Assembly (NCBI GenBank): GCA_040954595.2
Contig: CM082580.2
Location: forward strand, 12,600,909-12,664,908
From: Balanoglossus misakiensis
Lineage: Eukaryota; Animalia; Hemichordata
Reading direction: 5' to 3'
Length of the DNA stretch: 64,000 bases
Part shown: piece by piece, positions 27,701 through 41,000 of the stretch
Numbering within the stretch: position 1 is the first letter of the stretch
Layout: every line of letters begins with the position of its first letter
Position numbers and translations under genes: made by a program
The notes under the pieces: model-generated
What the model saw: the letters and a program-made list of their open reading frames with translations, nothing else
What the model was told of the DNA's origin: nothing
Database searches by the model: none

Positions 27701-30700
27701 ACAATAACAAAATAAACCAATGCCATTGAAACGTGAACTGGTGCTTTCATCTGGAAACAAGTCTTTCATCATCACAACGATTAAACTGAACTGAAATAAA
27801 ATTACATCAATAAATAATAAATTCAACAGAATATGAAACGATAGTCCTTGTTATAACGGTGGATTCACAATCAAACGAAAACAAAAATACAAACGGAAAG
27901 CAAGAAACGCTTGTCTATGTCACGATAATATCGAATCGAAAACCCGGAAGTGATTGTGCGATTTTGTATGTGACACTGTAATATCGAGAAAACAAAAAAA
28001 ACAGGCAAATCTGAATCAAAATGAAACAAAATTGATTATAAAACTTTACAAATGAAACCATAACTAAAGCAGTCGACATATACGAAACGAAAACATCACC
28101 TAAACAACACTTACGTGTAAGGATCGAAGCCACGCTGTACGAGGGACATGCTTGGCGTCCGTCGCCATGTAACTGTAGGTACCGCTGAGTCGGCTACCCG
28201 GTCGGCTAACTCTAGATTGATCCGCGCAAACATTTTCGATCGGATCTCTCTGAAATTGTGACTGAATAGACACTGAATGTCACAGAATCCAAATATTGGG
28301 GTTCCGTTTTTCAAATTTGGACGATAATTGATGCAGGATATCGTGGAAATAAACGATATTTACCGATGTCACTGAGCTTTCTGTCCGGGCGTTGCAGCTG
28401 AAGGAACCCTCATGTAGTAAAACTCTAAGCCTAGGCCTTTAAAGAGCTGTCATCTGATTGGCCAAAATCCATGTAGTATTTACGCGGAAAGGGGGTTAAA
28501 TATCCAATCGAAAAAGTCGTTTGAAAAACACCTACTACCGATCGCCACTAGAGGGCGCCCTTTCGCATCATTCAAACCAGGTCACGTACACAAACACACA
28601 GAGTACAGAAGTTCTTGCCGATTTTAGACCTTTTAAGCAGAGAGTTGGACGATCAGTGATAATTCAAAACAACATTTTATTGGAAGAAAATAACTTTATT
28701 TAGGAAAGAGAGTGACAATGACAGAAAGCTACAATTTTTTTTCTATTTATAAGGGTTTCAAAATAGCCTGAACAGGCTTACCAGCATGGGCCTCCCTACC
28801 CCTGGTTGGGAACGATGCAACACGAGTGACGTTGGTCGACGGTTGCCGGAGCTGTTGCTGCTGTTGCACAAGCATTATCTATTGGACGTAAAGCGATAAA
28901 ATAACGTATGTCTGATTGGTGTTTTTGTGTTATTTAGGAGAAATAAGCCAATGCAAAACCCCAAAATAGTATCTGGCAAGAAAACCTACCTGTCTCTCAC
29001 CAACACCACAACAGTATAGGAACGAGGCAATGCACGACACAATGAGCACAGCCAGTGCTACTAGTTCCACCAGGACGTACAACACTAGTCCACTCCCCCT
29101 GTACAGCAACACCACCGTCGATTCCCAGTAGGCACCGATAGCGGACAGAATCATGGAAAACAGGGCACACAAGGTCACCAAAATGTTCATAAGAAAAAAT
29201 ACCAGGGACTGTGTAGGAAATGAAAACAATGTTGAGTAGTTATGTATATGTACATGTATATACTTTTCGTGACAGGATTGCATACGCCAGGTTATCGCGG
29301 AAAGTTGACTTGGTCTTGGGAAAGAAGAACCAAGATCAGCACCACAAATAATCTATCAGAGACGAATATTCAGTAATGGGATGAATGAATAAAGGATGGC
29401 TGTATGATAAACATAGCGCTATATGTGGATGGGTAAGACACCATTTGTGCATTGAGAGTATATCGTTAACAAGTGGAATTTCACCCGCCGGAATAACTTT
29501 TAGATTGCATCGATCCACAACGTGCGTCGTGAGAGTTTCCGGGGAAAACAGCGAATGGTTGATATGGATCGGTCGCAGCGAAAACCATTGAAGATTAAAG
29601 ACACCGACTTGGTGCGTTCTCAAGCGATAATGGAATTGATAATCGTGGTGGCATTTGAGTTTCCCACCACTCCGCGAGCAATTGTCGTGGAAGACATGAA
29701 ATACCGCTTGCGGGGGAGGGGGGGGGGGGATTCAACATGCAGATCCACGGCGATTTGAATCAGCAGCTTCACATTCGATAAATAACGGAACAAGACAATT
29801 TGCGGTAGATGCTGTACTTCATTGTTCGCGTGTTTGAGGCAGAGGGTTGTTGCAGAGAGTTAACAAAAAAAACTGTATCGCAAAACAGCCAAACTATAAA
29901 CCTTCAGGATGAGTTAGGCTTGTATCATCCTTACCATAGACTCCACCTTTTCACCTTTGGACATCAGAATACCACTGACTCCTGTAGCGATCGCCTTGAA
30001 AGAAAGAAAAACACAGGAAAGATCAGGCGTGACGTGGTGTCGAATAGTGAAGAAAAATGACTGGATACATTGAAATCAACCGCATGATGTCTGGAACAAG
30101 TCGTTCGAGGGCTCCACTGACGGTGTCGTCTGGGACAACCTGGGCAATATCGCTTTATGCACAGGTTGAGGAAATTGGAAATTTTCACGCTAAGTAAATA
30201 AAAAACTCGTCACAATAGCCTTTTTCATGCCTTATCACGTGTTTACAAAATGGCGTCGTTGGCAGAATCATGGTTTCCAGTCACATAATCTTATTATCGG
30301 TCATAAACGATATCTCAAGACTTACGCATATTTCTACAATTCCCCTAACACACACAAATCTGATATCTTGGCGTTCTTTTGAATTCCAGTCTCTCACACG
30401 GGATGAATAAAACGCCTTATGTTCAATGAACTACTTCAATCATATGCCTTTCAAACAGCCAGTTTCTGCTGATTACTCACACTAGGTGGTAATTCTAGAT
30501 CCGCTACTATGTCTTACTTGACTTTTTTCTTCGCTGTCGTTCAGACTTGTCTGCCTACGCGAACAATTGCAGCCCCACACAGGGTAATCTAAGAGAGGTT
30601 GTCAATTTCTCAGAAAAATTGTAATGTAACGATAATCAACTCCCGTCGTTTGGAAAAGTATTGACCTTTTCAGACTCGTTATTAGCCAAACGCGAGTGGA

Positions 30701-33700
30701 CAGTTTTTCTTGGGATTTTGCGCACCCTATATTAGATTTTACGTCAAAGCCGATAAACGCAAACGAGGTAAAATTGTAAAATTCGACATTGTGGTTTTTT
30801 CTTTATATCACGTACTTCTGTAATGACCCTAAAGCGATCGAGTTTGCGTGCGAATTGTAAATTGTCGTACTTGGGAATTTTATCAGATCTTGGACAGATC
30901 GTCTGTGACTCATGTGCAAATCTATCATAATTTATATCACTTCGATCCAAGTACAAGCTGTTCATCAATGAATAAACGTCTCCTGGACAATGCCCAGGGT
31001 TTTTTTCTCTGAAAATGTCTCCCGACTCTTCGAGCAGAAGGCAGAAGCATCTGAAGAAAAACTGTTTTCAGGAGAGTAGACATCTTTAACATCCTCGTCA
31101 CGCGTGTAGGCCTAGACACGTGCCTCCTCTGAGGTTACGTCCTAGTCCATTGAGGCAGTCATTTGGTGCACACAGCATACGCGTCCGCGGGGGTCAAATA
31201 AAACGTTTCTATGGCAACCAGCATCTACATCGAAGGGTTTGGCAGTCAACCAAAAGTCTAATCAAAAATCGCCCCAAGGACCTTGTCTGGGCAAACTATA
31301 ACGAGTAAAATGCGCATGGTAAACTATGGACGTTTTTTTTCTCCCAACGCGTGTATCTATACGTGGAAAACGACGCATACATGTACATGTTATAATTATC
31401 TTCGTTTAAAATAGAAATTTTAGGTGTGCTTCAACGAATCTCACAAAATCTTACAAAATAAGCAGATCTAGAAATTTTAAACCCAAAGAAGATCTCTTTT
31501 TTTTCAGAAAAAATATACCGCCAATCTCTATTAACTCTATGGTCACGCGATGATTTTATGAAAACAATACCGATGAACACCCAGGCCAGCTGTGCATAAA
31601 ACACGACCTTTTAACAGCATCCATTATTCTCATGTGTATAACATGCAAATACATGTGCATATATCTGGCAAATGCACCTGTTGTCAACCTAATACTTCCT
31701 TGACTTCACTTAGCTTAAAGTGAATTCGAACTGGCAACTGTTCGAATGACAAAATAAATCATTTATTGCCGAAGATGTTGGAATCATTTTGTGTGGTACG
31801 AGCTACACTGCCTTTCTATTATTTGTATTAGACTGCTTGCAACAGAAACCTCACAACGTCTCTATTGACAAAAGCGTTCGGCTGTACAACCATATATTCA
31901 GTTATTTCAGCTACTTAAAAGAAAGAAAACCGACCAAAACGATAGAACTCTGCTTTTGAGACATACAGCCGCCGAGATACCGCCCGCAGATAGCTTTGCT
32001 TTGGCTTTTAAACTTAAAGGATTAGACAACATGGCTTTCTAATTTCGATTTACTTGCACAGCAATCGTAGCTTCACATAACCCGCCTTCGTGTCGTGGGA
32101 AAGGCTCTCTCCAGATGAAAAATTCATGGCCTCTTCAAGAGAAATTCGCAATCAAAGCAATTCGGAAGACATCTGCGGTGATGGAGAACGACGTAATATG
32201 TTATTTGTGACCCCTCCGTTTCAATCGCGCACAGTAAAACGTCCACTGAACAATCGAGAACTCTCAGTGAATCCGTCCCACAGGCCACAAAGTCATGCAT
32301 ACACGTATATGTATGCAATCAATAGATGAAGATAAGGACCGACAAAAATAGCCTGTCTATTTTTTCATATTTTCTCCGCGCTTCACGATTTTCTGGGTGG
32401 TATTCTACAAGTAATAATTCTCCATGAAAGAGTATTGTATTGTTTCCGCCTACAATACTCGGTGACTTTCCGTGTACTGTAAACATGAGCCACGCATCCC
32501 CGGGGAGTAAATTCAAAAGCTCGATGCACGCGGATATACCCCCGCCCATCCATTTTGCATTTGCGGGTCATTTATCATCAGGATTCGTCTGGATTTTCAA
32601 GTTCTGCAAGCAAGGCGCAGAGATTCTTTGTAAACGCAAATACCTCAATGAATGTACCTTGAATTGCCGCAGGACAATTCCACAGGACAGCTATGTCTTT
32701 CCATGGGTTTGCGCAGTACAGCGCGACGGAGTAATATGAAATCTTTCACCCGAAGGAGTTTTAGGCAATTCGGTAAAACACACAGTATCATTAGTCGCAG
32801 CGTGTAGTCTGAGGGGTAGTTTTACGCTAAGATATTTTGGCGCCATCTGAAAGTCGCCCGCCCAGGATTTCTGAATTTCAAACAGTGCAGGGGCCAGAAA
32901 ATGTGTCCGTTTTTTTCAGCCCAAACACAAATCAAAAACATTATTGCAGGCTGAAAGTTCAAGGGAAATTCAATTTTCTTTGAAATGAGCCCGAGTGAGA
33001 TGGACAAAATAATTCTAATAGAGGGGCTGTGGTTGGGCTTGTCAACCGAACACAAGCTGCCATGCATTTGAACGACGTATTCACTGAAGAGGATATACAT
33101 GTATAGACCAAGATTTAGCATAATTGAGCTTTACGGCACGTATGGCACTTATAGTGTATTGACGTAACAATATATTGTTTAAAACATTTAGACTAAACAC
33201 TCGAAAGGGCGGCAGCCGTGCATGTAGTCCCTGCAAAACATTTTTTTTTCAATTCCATTCAGCATAATAGGAGCCAGTGAAAGGAAGTACATGTAGACAT
33301 GACGCACGTGTATTGTCCAATGATGACTACAGCTACAAGCACGTGATTGTACAAAATGTAAAAAAGTTAGCATTTCCGAGGACTTGCACTTGTCTTTACA
33401 GGTACATTACAGGTTGGTTCAAGTGACGTGACGTTTTAACACTCTCGAATCTGCAAGCATGAAGGAGTAGAACACTGACTCAGAGAGAAAATGGAAAAGT
33501 GTCGGGTTGTGCCGATGACAATCTGCGAGCCATTTTAGGTTTGCCGTTACCATGGTAATATTTTATCGTGTTCCCCAGGGACAGCGCGCTAATGGAAACT
33601 TGTAATCTGCGATATGTTTTCTATTATTCACCGGATCCCTCGGTTGTTTAAAACGCAGGTGTTACATCTTTCGGAATGTAACCGCTTGGCCTACTGCAAT

Positions 33701-36700
33701 GGAGCAATTGCATTTCAGCAAATCGTGGAAATTTTGCAAAGTAAGGATTTCACACGTAGGCTTTTTCTCTCAAAAATGGTTTTCCATGCCCGAAATGTTG
33801 TACAGAAGAACTGAACCCCCCCCCCTGCTGTATAGATAGTACATGTACACATCCCGTTTATCCCAGAAATAATCAGACCACATTTCTTGAAATAGAGTAG
33901 GAAACTGTTAATTGCACATTTTCGAACACACAAACAGTCGTCACCTTATAGAAGCACCGACTGAAGAAATGCTGTATATTGCTTTTCGACACAATAGTCG
34001 TAAATGAGCCTAAAAGGAGCAAGGACGTGCCCCGGATATTCTATGAGGGCACATAATAAACTCTGTATCCGTAGTCTGTTACTGTTCATTAGTAACAAAA
34101 GACACAGATGCACTGCAAACATGTCCCTTTCACTATACATGTACATGCAACTGGAATTTAAGCCAACGTTGCTTTTGTAATAACCTACGGTAATATGTGG
34201 ATAAACAGTGTCTAGGAGTTTGCATTTACTTCACCCATTTGCCCTTCATGTTGATTAACAGACAGAGCAAGGTCGTATAGGTTTGATTGAAAAAAAAACA
34301 GACATTCACTCTGCTGTATATTGTAACAGGCAGGGTATTATATGTAACTCGTGTAACAGGCAACAATTGGGGCACCTGTCACAAACAACTTATTCGATGT
34401 ACTATTATCATTATCCATCAGAACAAGCGTATTACATGTTTCCGAGTCCTTGAGATGACATAAATTAAACAACCATAGCTGCAGCAGATTTTGTTTGCTG
34501 CGATTAGAATTATCATCAGGATAAGCTTATGTGAACAGATGGTATTACGCGAGGTTGCTGTAAAGTGACACTTCTATTGACGCCGAATACATCAGTTTTC
34601 ACTATCGTTCAGAAAAGACAGCGTTACAAAACAAATTAACCCCTATATGCCATATGGGGGACTATACAAAGTCAGTAATATAAGTATAACTCAACTAAAG
34701 GAAAACATGCTGAAAGTTTGCCCTCAATAAATCACAGATACAAGGGTTGCAGGTTGATCGTACTAATAATTTTGGAAATTGCATTTGCTTGATCCTTTGT
34801 AACAGCCGTTGTTAGATTATATTTCCATTATTACATTATCGAACGACAGCCAGCATATGATTTAAAAAATCACATCATCACATTTTCCTCGAGACTGGGT
34901 GAGTACTAAACTGTTTAGTTCATCACGTGACTCGCATTTACGGAAAGCAAGCTGACTACCATAAAGCCTACTGAGAAGATTGACAGGCGTCAGCATTAAC
35001 AACAGCCTGAATATGTTTGATGGATATGATAAGTTAGAATGCAAACCGAGACACTTAACTCTAGAAGTAGCTTCGGGAATTGACAGTCGCTATGAGAAAA
35101 TATACTTTTTTTTCAGAGAGAATCGCGCGTTTACTGAACTGAAGGCACAATGTTCACATATAAACTGGCCTGAGTTTAATCTAATTCTGTGCCTAGGGGG
35201 CCAGAAATGCATTGAACTCCGGGGAAATCTGGGATATCACACTAACTTTCTCCACTGGAGAGTCTTTTATAGCCAATGTGCTCCCATAGGCCCGTTAATA
35301 TAGGATAGTTTCGTGTTTATACTCAGTGAGGAGAGAGAGGAATGGAAAAATGGAATTGAAATTGAAAGTCTAAATGGCGGAAAATGAGTGAATGTCGTAT
35401 TTCTTTCGGTCGTTTCATGAATGAGCACAAGATGTAATCATGGATGTCAGTCTCGCGTATTCTCGCTATGACATAATAACAACATATGGAAGGATTGAAT
35501 CTACTTTTCGTATTTATATTTGAAAAATTAATCTGTTTTCTGGATTTTTTGAGTGACGTTTGATTAAAATATAATCACTGGCATTAGAGAAAAAAAAGGT
35601 ATTCACTCAATCTCTATTTACCTCCGGCTTAACAAGTCCCGAGAGATCTCGCGTGTTTTCGTGCGTGTGACTGATGTTGCAGCTACGATGCTTACACTCA
35701 CGCGAATTTACGGTTTCGGGTAAAAGGTATACTCTGACTTTACACAGCGTCGGCTTACTTAACGCCTCCGCGCACGTCACGTGGGCATTTGAAGAAGACG
35801 ACGAGCGAGCGAGGCAACAAGAACCCGAGTCACGTTTCTCGGTTTGAAAAGCCGTGTTGCAGAATAAAAAGATGGCGATTTGAAGTCGGAAAACAACACC
35901 GGATATAGAAACTTGGCATTACTGCCAGGTATATATATGCGTGTTCAACTCTTGTTTTGCCACGGGCTTTAAATAGTGTCGTGCACACATGCAAAGGATA
36001 TTCAAATTAGAACGCTTGTCAAGAGGGTACGCGGAAGAAATCCAGCATTTATGTAAAAATGACTTGCTATATATTAATCACATTTCTGTGTGGTCACTTT
36101 TTACTTTTCAGATATAATAGCATATCCGCCCGCTCAGACAGAATTATTGACTGCCCCCTTAAATAAATGACACATTTCAAGAAATCCATGTTCTGATTAG
36201 TGTTGACATGTTATATCTGAAATTGTTCGTAATTGGCAGACGACGTCCCAGTCAGCTTCCCGCGGCAGTTTAGCTTCCATTGCTACTTCACTAACAAGGT
36301 ATACCATTGCCATTAGTGATTAGCAATCGGGCCAGATGCTTCAGTGGTTATTACAATTTACCCTGAAGATTGTGAAATTGTAATTGGCTACAACAATCAA
36401 AATGAGAGATAAATAAAATTCGACGTGTAAAATGAATCGGGTTCTTTTCGTGTCGACCTGATTATCAGGAATGAGAAGCCGTAAACGGTGAATAACGTTC
36501 ACCATTTTGTCTTTATCTGACTTCTTTTGAACAGCGTATTTTGGTTGGTTTACCTTGCAGATTGTTATCTCAGGCAGGGGACTGCAGAACCTGAAACCAA
36601 ATGCCACACGGTTCATAGTCTGATTTGTCATTAGGGATCGTTAAGTTTGTAAATTGAGTGAGTCGTCTTGCAAGAATGAGAAAGGCGTGCGTTGGGCGTT

Positions 36701-36868
36701 ACAGTTTCAACTTACCAGTAGTCCTGTCCACACCGGCGATCCTGCGTTCCTATAGTAACCAGAGACGAAGCAGACGGACAAGCAGGGCGCTCCGACGATC
36801 AGTAGAACAACCCCGCCGAAAATAATAGCGATGCTGATGCCGTACATGTTATCTTTTGTGTATGGCAT
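21770..36868 (-). CDS. MS4A/CD20-like four-TM protein, paralog B; last exon interrupted by a transposon
   Basis: Exons 36868-36716 (MPYTKDN...GSPVWTGLL), 29994-29935 (AIATGVSGILMSKG..), 29208-28990 (..FLYCCGVGERQ), and a last exon 28878-28799 + 21956-21770. Removing the element and one TSD gives IMLVQQQQQ...FPTRGTRAQPTAVY...LQNPPVYSECV*. Confidence 0.8.
23026..23491. mobile_element. 466-bp piggyBac-type fold-back MITE nested in the large transposon
   Basis: TTAA|CCCTTTCAGGCCTGA ... TCAGGCTTGAAAGGG|TTAA (14/15 TIR, CCC/GGG ends, TTAA TSD) plus several internal inverted blocks. Confidence 0.85.
23560..28149 (-). CDS. Atypical hAT-like DDE transposase (~1140 aa, probably 2 coding exons)
   Basis: Uninterrupted ORF 26950-23560 preceded by acceptor TTTTCATTTTAG. 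A phase-compatible upstream exon lies at 28149-28115 (MSLVQRGFDPYT, GTAAGT donor). Putative catalytic motifs YMTDKTTK (D), MSDRAAT (D), CGAH (CxxH), ATNDPCESDF (E). Long N-terminal coiled coil. Confidence 0.8.
28543..28559 (+). promoter_or_regulatory. CTCF-like motif inside the transposon subterminal region
   Basis: CGCCACTAGAGGGCGCC matches the CCASYAGRKGGCRS core. Motif match only. Confidence 0.5.
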
Positions 36869-38047
36869 TGTGACTGTTAATCTGCGGTGAACGCACGCTC
36901 TCTGAGCGGTACTGCGTGAAATGACAACCGCCGTACTGCAGTAGGATTCACGATTGGTTCTTGCGAGGTGTTTGAAGCTTGAGAAATATATGAATCCCGT
37001 TGCCGCGATATTTAATCCGTATATGTACGTTGTCGACACGTGAACCGATCCTCTGTCGCCATGTGTAATATACGGATGAGACGGTCCTTTCACCTCGATG
37101 TCGTGTCTGGAAAGAGTCGACGCCGCCGCTCGTGTCTTCTTGGCGGAGCGCGAGAAACGATCCCTTGAATTGGCTGTTCTGTTCAGGAAGGTGAATCGTC
37201 AAAATGAAAACACGGAATGGAATGATGTCGTCACTGTTATGTTTCACAACGGACCTCTGCCTCGACCTGAGTGCGTCAAATGTTTCTGACAGCTACAAGC
37301 TTTTCAAGGCCCGATATTCATTCGTGCACATAAATAACAAGTCGGATGTCCACGAGATATATCCTCTTCTAACGAACACCATTACCGGCTTTGCGCGTTT
37401 CCAACTGACGTGTCTGTTCTCCGTTTTTCCAAAGTCGACTGTAACGAGCCACCATGTCCAATTGATATGAACAACCCGGGATAACAAGTTACGGTAGGAC
37501 GACTTCAAGTGGTGCGTAAGCCTATAGCTTGAAGTGAGACGTTTCGTCAAGAAACATGAGAATGATAATGTCCACATACACATGTAGGCCTACATGTATA
37601 TGAATTCACGTTTTAACCGGCAATCATATCCGCGTACAGTGACACCACTTGTTGGACTCCGACGATTAACGATGAGAGGAATGCGCAGCGAAGTGTGCGT
37701 TTTATCTCCCCGAGAGTGCCTTGGCAACCCTAATGCAGCAATGATCCAATTTGCCTCCAATAGCCTAGTTTTAATAACTGAGGGCGCTATACATTGTCAG
37801 TCGCCAACGACAAGCTCCGAATCAACCGACTTGTTTTGTTAATTATTAACTTCACCTGTTCCATGTAAACACAGGAGAAGGGTCAACGGTGTTGGTCGCC
37901 ATAATATCAAGCATGACAGTACGGAATATGGCCACCGTGACATGATCGTTGATATAATACGATTTGGCGACCAGGACGCCTCATTCCCCTATGCAGCCTT
38001 TCGAGTTGAATATGCAGAACTAACCTGGGACCTGTACAAGTCTCCGA

Positions 38048-41000
38048 ATGACGAACTGCCGCACCTTTCTGAACCGTCGAACTTTGAAGACTCGTGGCAA
38101 GACGTTGTACGTCCTCCTGACCACAATTCTACTTCTCCAACTCCTGCTGTTGTTCATCGTCAACAAAAACAACAAACAACTGGAACAGCTCAGTCGCAAG
38201 ACACAGGTCGACGACGACGGGGATCTCGGATGGAAGGTCGTCGCCAACATCGACAGAAACCCTCAACTGAACGGGAGTTCTTTCACGGCGGCGTATGGGC
38301 CAATAACGGACGTCGTTAGAAAGACTGCGAATTTCAGGCACACACCTTTCCCCCGAAGAGAGCGTAAGTCTAATTGGTTACGTCACGTACTGTGATCACT
38401 TACAATACCAGGTGGGCATGTTCAATCACAGGCAGTCTACAGCGAGAAGGACATGTAACTAGCGGCATGTCTATGGTGACCATTGATTTCTGCACAGCGT
38501 CGTGGAATAAACTACTATTGCGTACAATGAAAAGTTACGTTTCGACCAAATATTTCACATCTATTCTTCCAGGCGTCAACATAACAGACGATGAAATCAA
38601 CAGCTTTCCGTGGAAAGAAGAAACTAAATTCAAGTTCCTTCAATTTCTTGAGCCTTTCTTGTTCAGCGACGAGTTGGGCCCAGATAGTGACAGCCAGTGC
38701 CCAATACCACAAGTGCCGCCGCCAGAGGGCCTATGTCGAGATGTTGCATGGGATTGTAACTTCAGTCCTACGTTTGTTTACCACGACAGGGAGAAAAGGT
38801 GAGAGAGAATAACCGACAATGTGTCTAAGAACAGGGACGGATATTCTTGCTATCCTTCTATGTGGCAAGCTCTGTTTACCGCAACAATGATGTAAAAAAA
38901 ATACACACGTCGAGGCAGTGTGAAGTTTTCGACCTTTCAATCTCTTGTTTCCATGGTACCAACAATATAACTCTCCCATTAATTTTGCGTGTGTTTCTTT
39001 CAACCACCAGAAAATTATTTGTAAACTGCAGTGGTGAGTTCCGAGTGAACTTTGTGGATCGTGAGGAGTCGGAGGTTGCTCTTCCCAATCGCAAATTTGC
39101 CAGGGATCCAGAATGGCAGGTCTATCGCGGACATCAAACAATCGACTTCCGTTCGCAGTTTGCTGATATTGAGTGTAAAATGGAGAAAGACGGCAGGTAG
39201 GCACATTTAATAGGTAGACTCTTTTGCGGACTCGGAGACTACCGACGCAAGGATTCTTTCTTCAGTCTCCCCATGTGTCTCACTTATCGAGTGGTTTTGC
39301 AAATTGGATGTTTGTTCGCAATATAGCGAGAATCAAGATGATTCAAGAAGGGCACTATTGAAATGACAGACAATTGCCTATATTACCTATTAGGTTTAAA
39401 ACCTCTGGGGATCTATTCAAACGATAGCCACATGTAACTTTACCCCCATGGAGCCTTTCTGTGGGCATGTTAGTCACGTGATTCTAATGGAGTAAACAAG
39501 CTTTATTTATCTCTAAAGGATCGTTGCTTCTCACCACAACTATCGAACCCAGTTCATTCCCAACAACAAAACGGAGGAGCAGATTCGCGTTTTCGATGAA
39601 AAGGTAATGAGGCTCTTCCACAGTTTATGATCTCAAGAAACTGGTATACATTTTACTGTACAGGAAGCTCCTGTTGCCCGTAGGCACAACACCTGTCCGT
39701 TTTATATCTGCTTTTCCGTATCCCTTCAAGTCAATATCGATCGCTCCTAACGTTTATCTGTAAATCATTATGCTGAGGCACTTCGACAACTAACTTGGGT
39801 CCCGTTTTTTTTTTTCATTTTCCCAGAAAGCTAGAGAGCCTGATTGGGAACCGCTGTCAATATTGTCGATCAGTTTAGACTCCCTTTCTAGAGCTCATTT
39901 TCACCGGAAGTGTGGGCTTCCAAAAACGGCAAATCTAATCAGGCAGCTGTACTATCCGTCTGATCATCGTGGTGAGTGCATGGGCCGTGGCCGTTAGCTG
40001 CGTTTTGAACACAACGTATCAGATATCAAAAGCGATGATTATTTTAAATAATTTAGCTTTGCACGAGTCATGGGTAAAGGAATTGGCATTCAAATCAGGC
40101 ATGTCATGCCATAATGGCCACCTTACACGTTTGATGACCCTGGTGAGATAATTGATGGTGTTTAATTTCATCTATTTGGGCAGACGATTCAACGGCCAGA
40201 GACGGTAAAGACGCTGTACAAAGCCACCGTGCTTTTCTCTTCAACAGAGTGAACTCGATCAGTGGTATAACAGCGATGAATCTTTATCCACTATATGCAG
40301 GTGAGAAGACAAAAAATAAGTGGAAAAATAAAATTCGACAAGCTATTGACATATCCATACCATACGTCATTCCGATTTCTCTTTTATTGACAACGTGTAT
40401 AATCTGCAATCATTACCACAGGTGAATATTTTAGCCGAGAAGATGAAGAAGAAAGGGTGTTGAAACACGCGTAAGTTTTAACTCACTTGTAAGGTTAGTT
40501 TTGATTGGTCAGTTCCTTTGTCAAGTTACTATTGAAATTTAAACAGGTGTACAGCAGGTGCATGATTGACTGCTATAATTCATGTGGATACGCCTTCCAA
40601 GGCGTTGCATATTTCCCAAATTGTGTGTCAAATACACTTAGTGAGAACTGGAGAAATGAAAAATTCTTAGATCATTCTGTATTTTCTTAGACTTGTAAAA
40701 CCTGTGACAGAATGGATGTGGCAGTATGCAAATCAGCGCGGTTATCTGACCAGCTACGGTATTGACACGGGGAATGGTCTGATGGGCACTCGCACAATTT
40801 GTAAGGTACGTGATAAACAGCGTGTTGAACGCACATCAAATCTCAAAAAGAATGAAACTATACTATCACTTTATGTTAGCTGTTCACGTCGAAGCTAGCT
40901 TACGATAAGCATCGTGCAGGTATTGTACACGAGCAACGCCAATGACGTATTGCATATCGTACACAGGACTGCACCAATCGCCCAGGAGCATTGCCACACT

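Larger units (their letters stand above)
21964..28798 (-). mobile_element. Full-length autonomous-looking DNA transposon, hAT-like (probably hATw-type), 6,835 bp
   Basis: Left end TAGGGAGGCCAATG; right end reverse-complements to TAGGGAGGCCCATG (13/14). Direct repeat CCCCTGG at 21957-21963 and 28799-28805. Internal intact DDE ORF. The host reading frame is restored on removal. Confidence 0.9.

Noticed and set aside
26950-28990. MS4A-transposase fusion protein by splicing
   Set aside because: Available donors are phase 0 or 1, the transposase acceptor needs phase 2, and routing through the 88-nt exon hits a stop.
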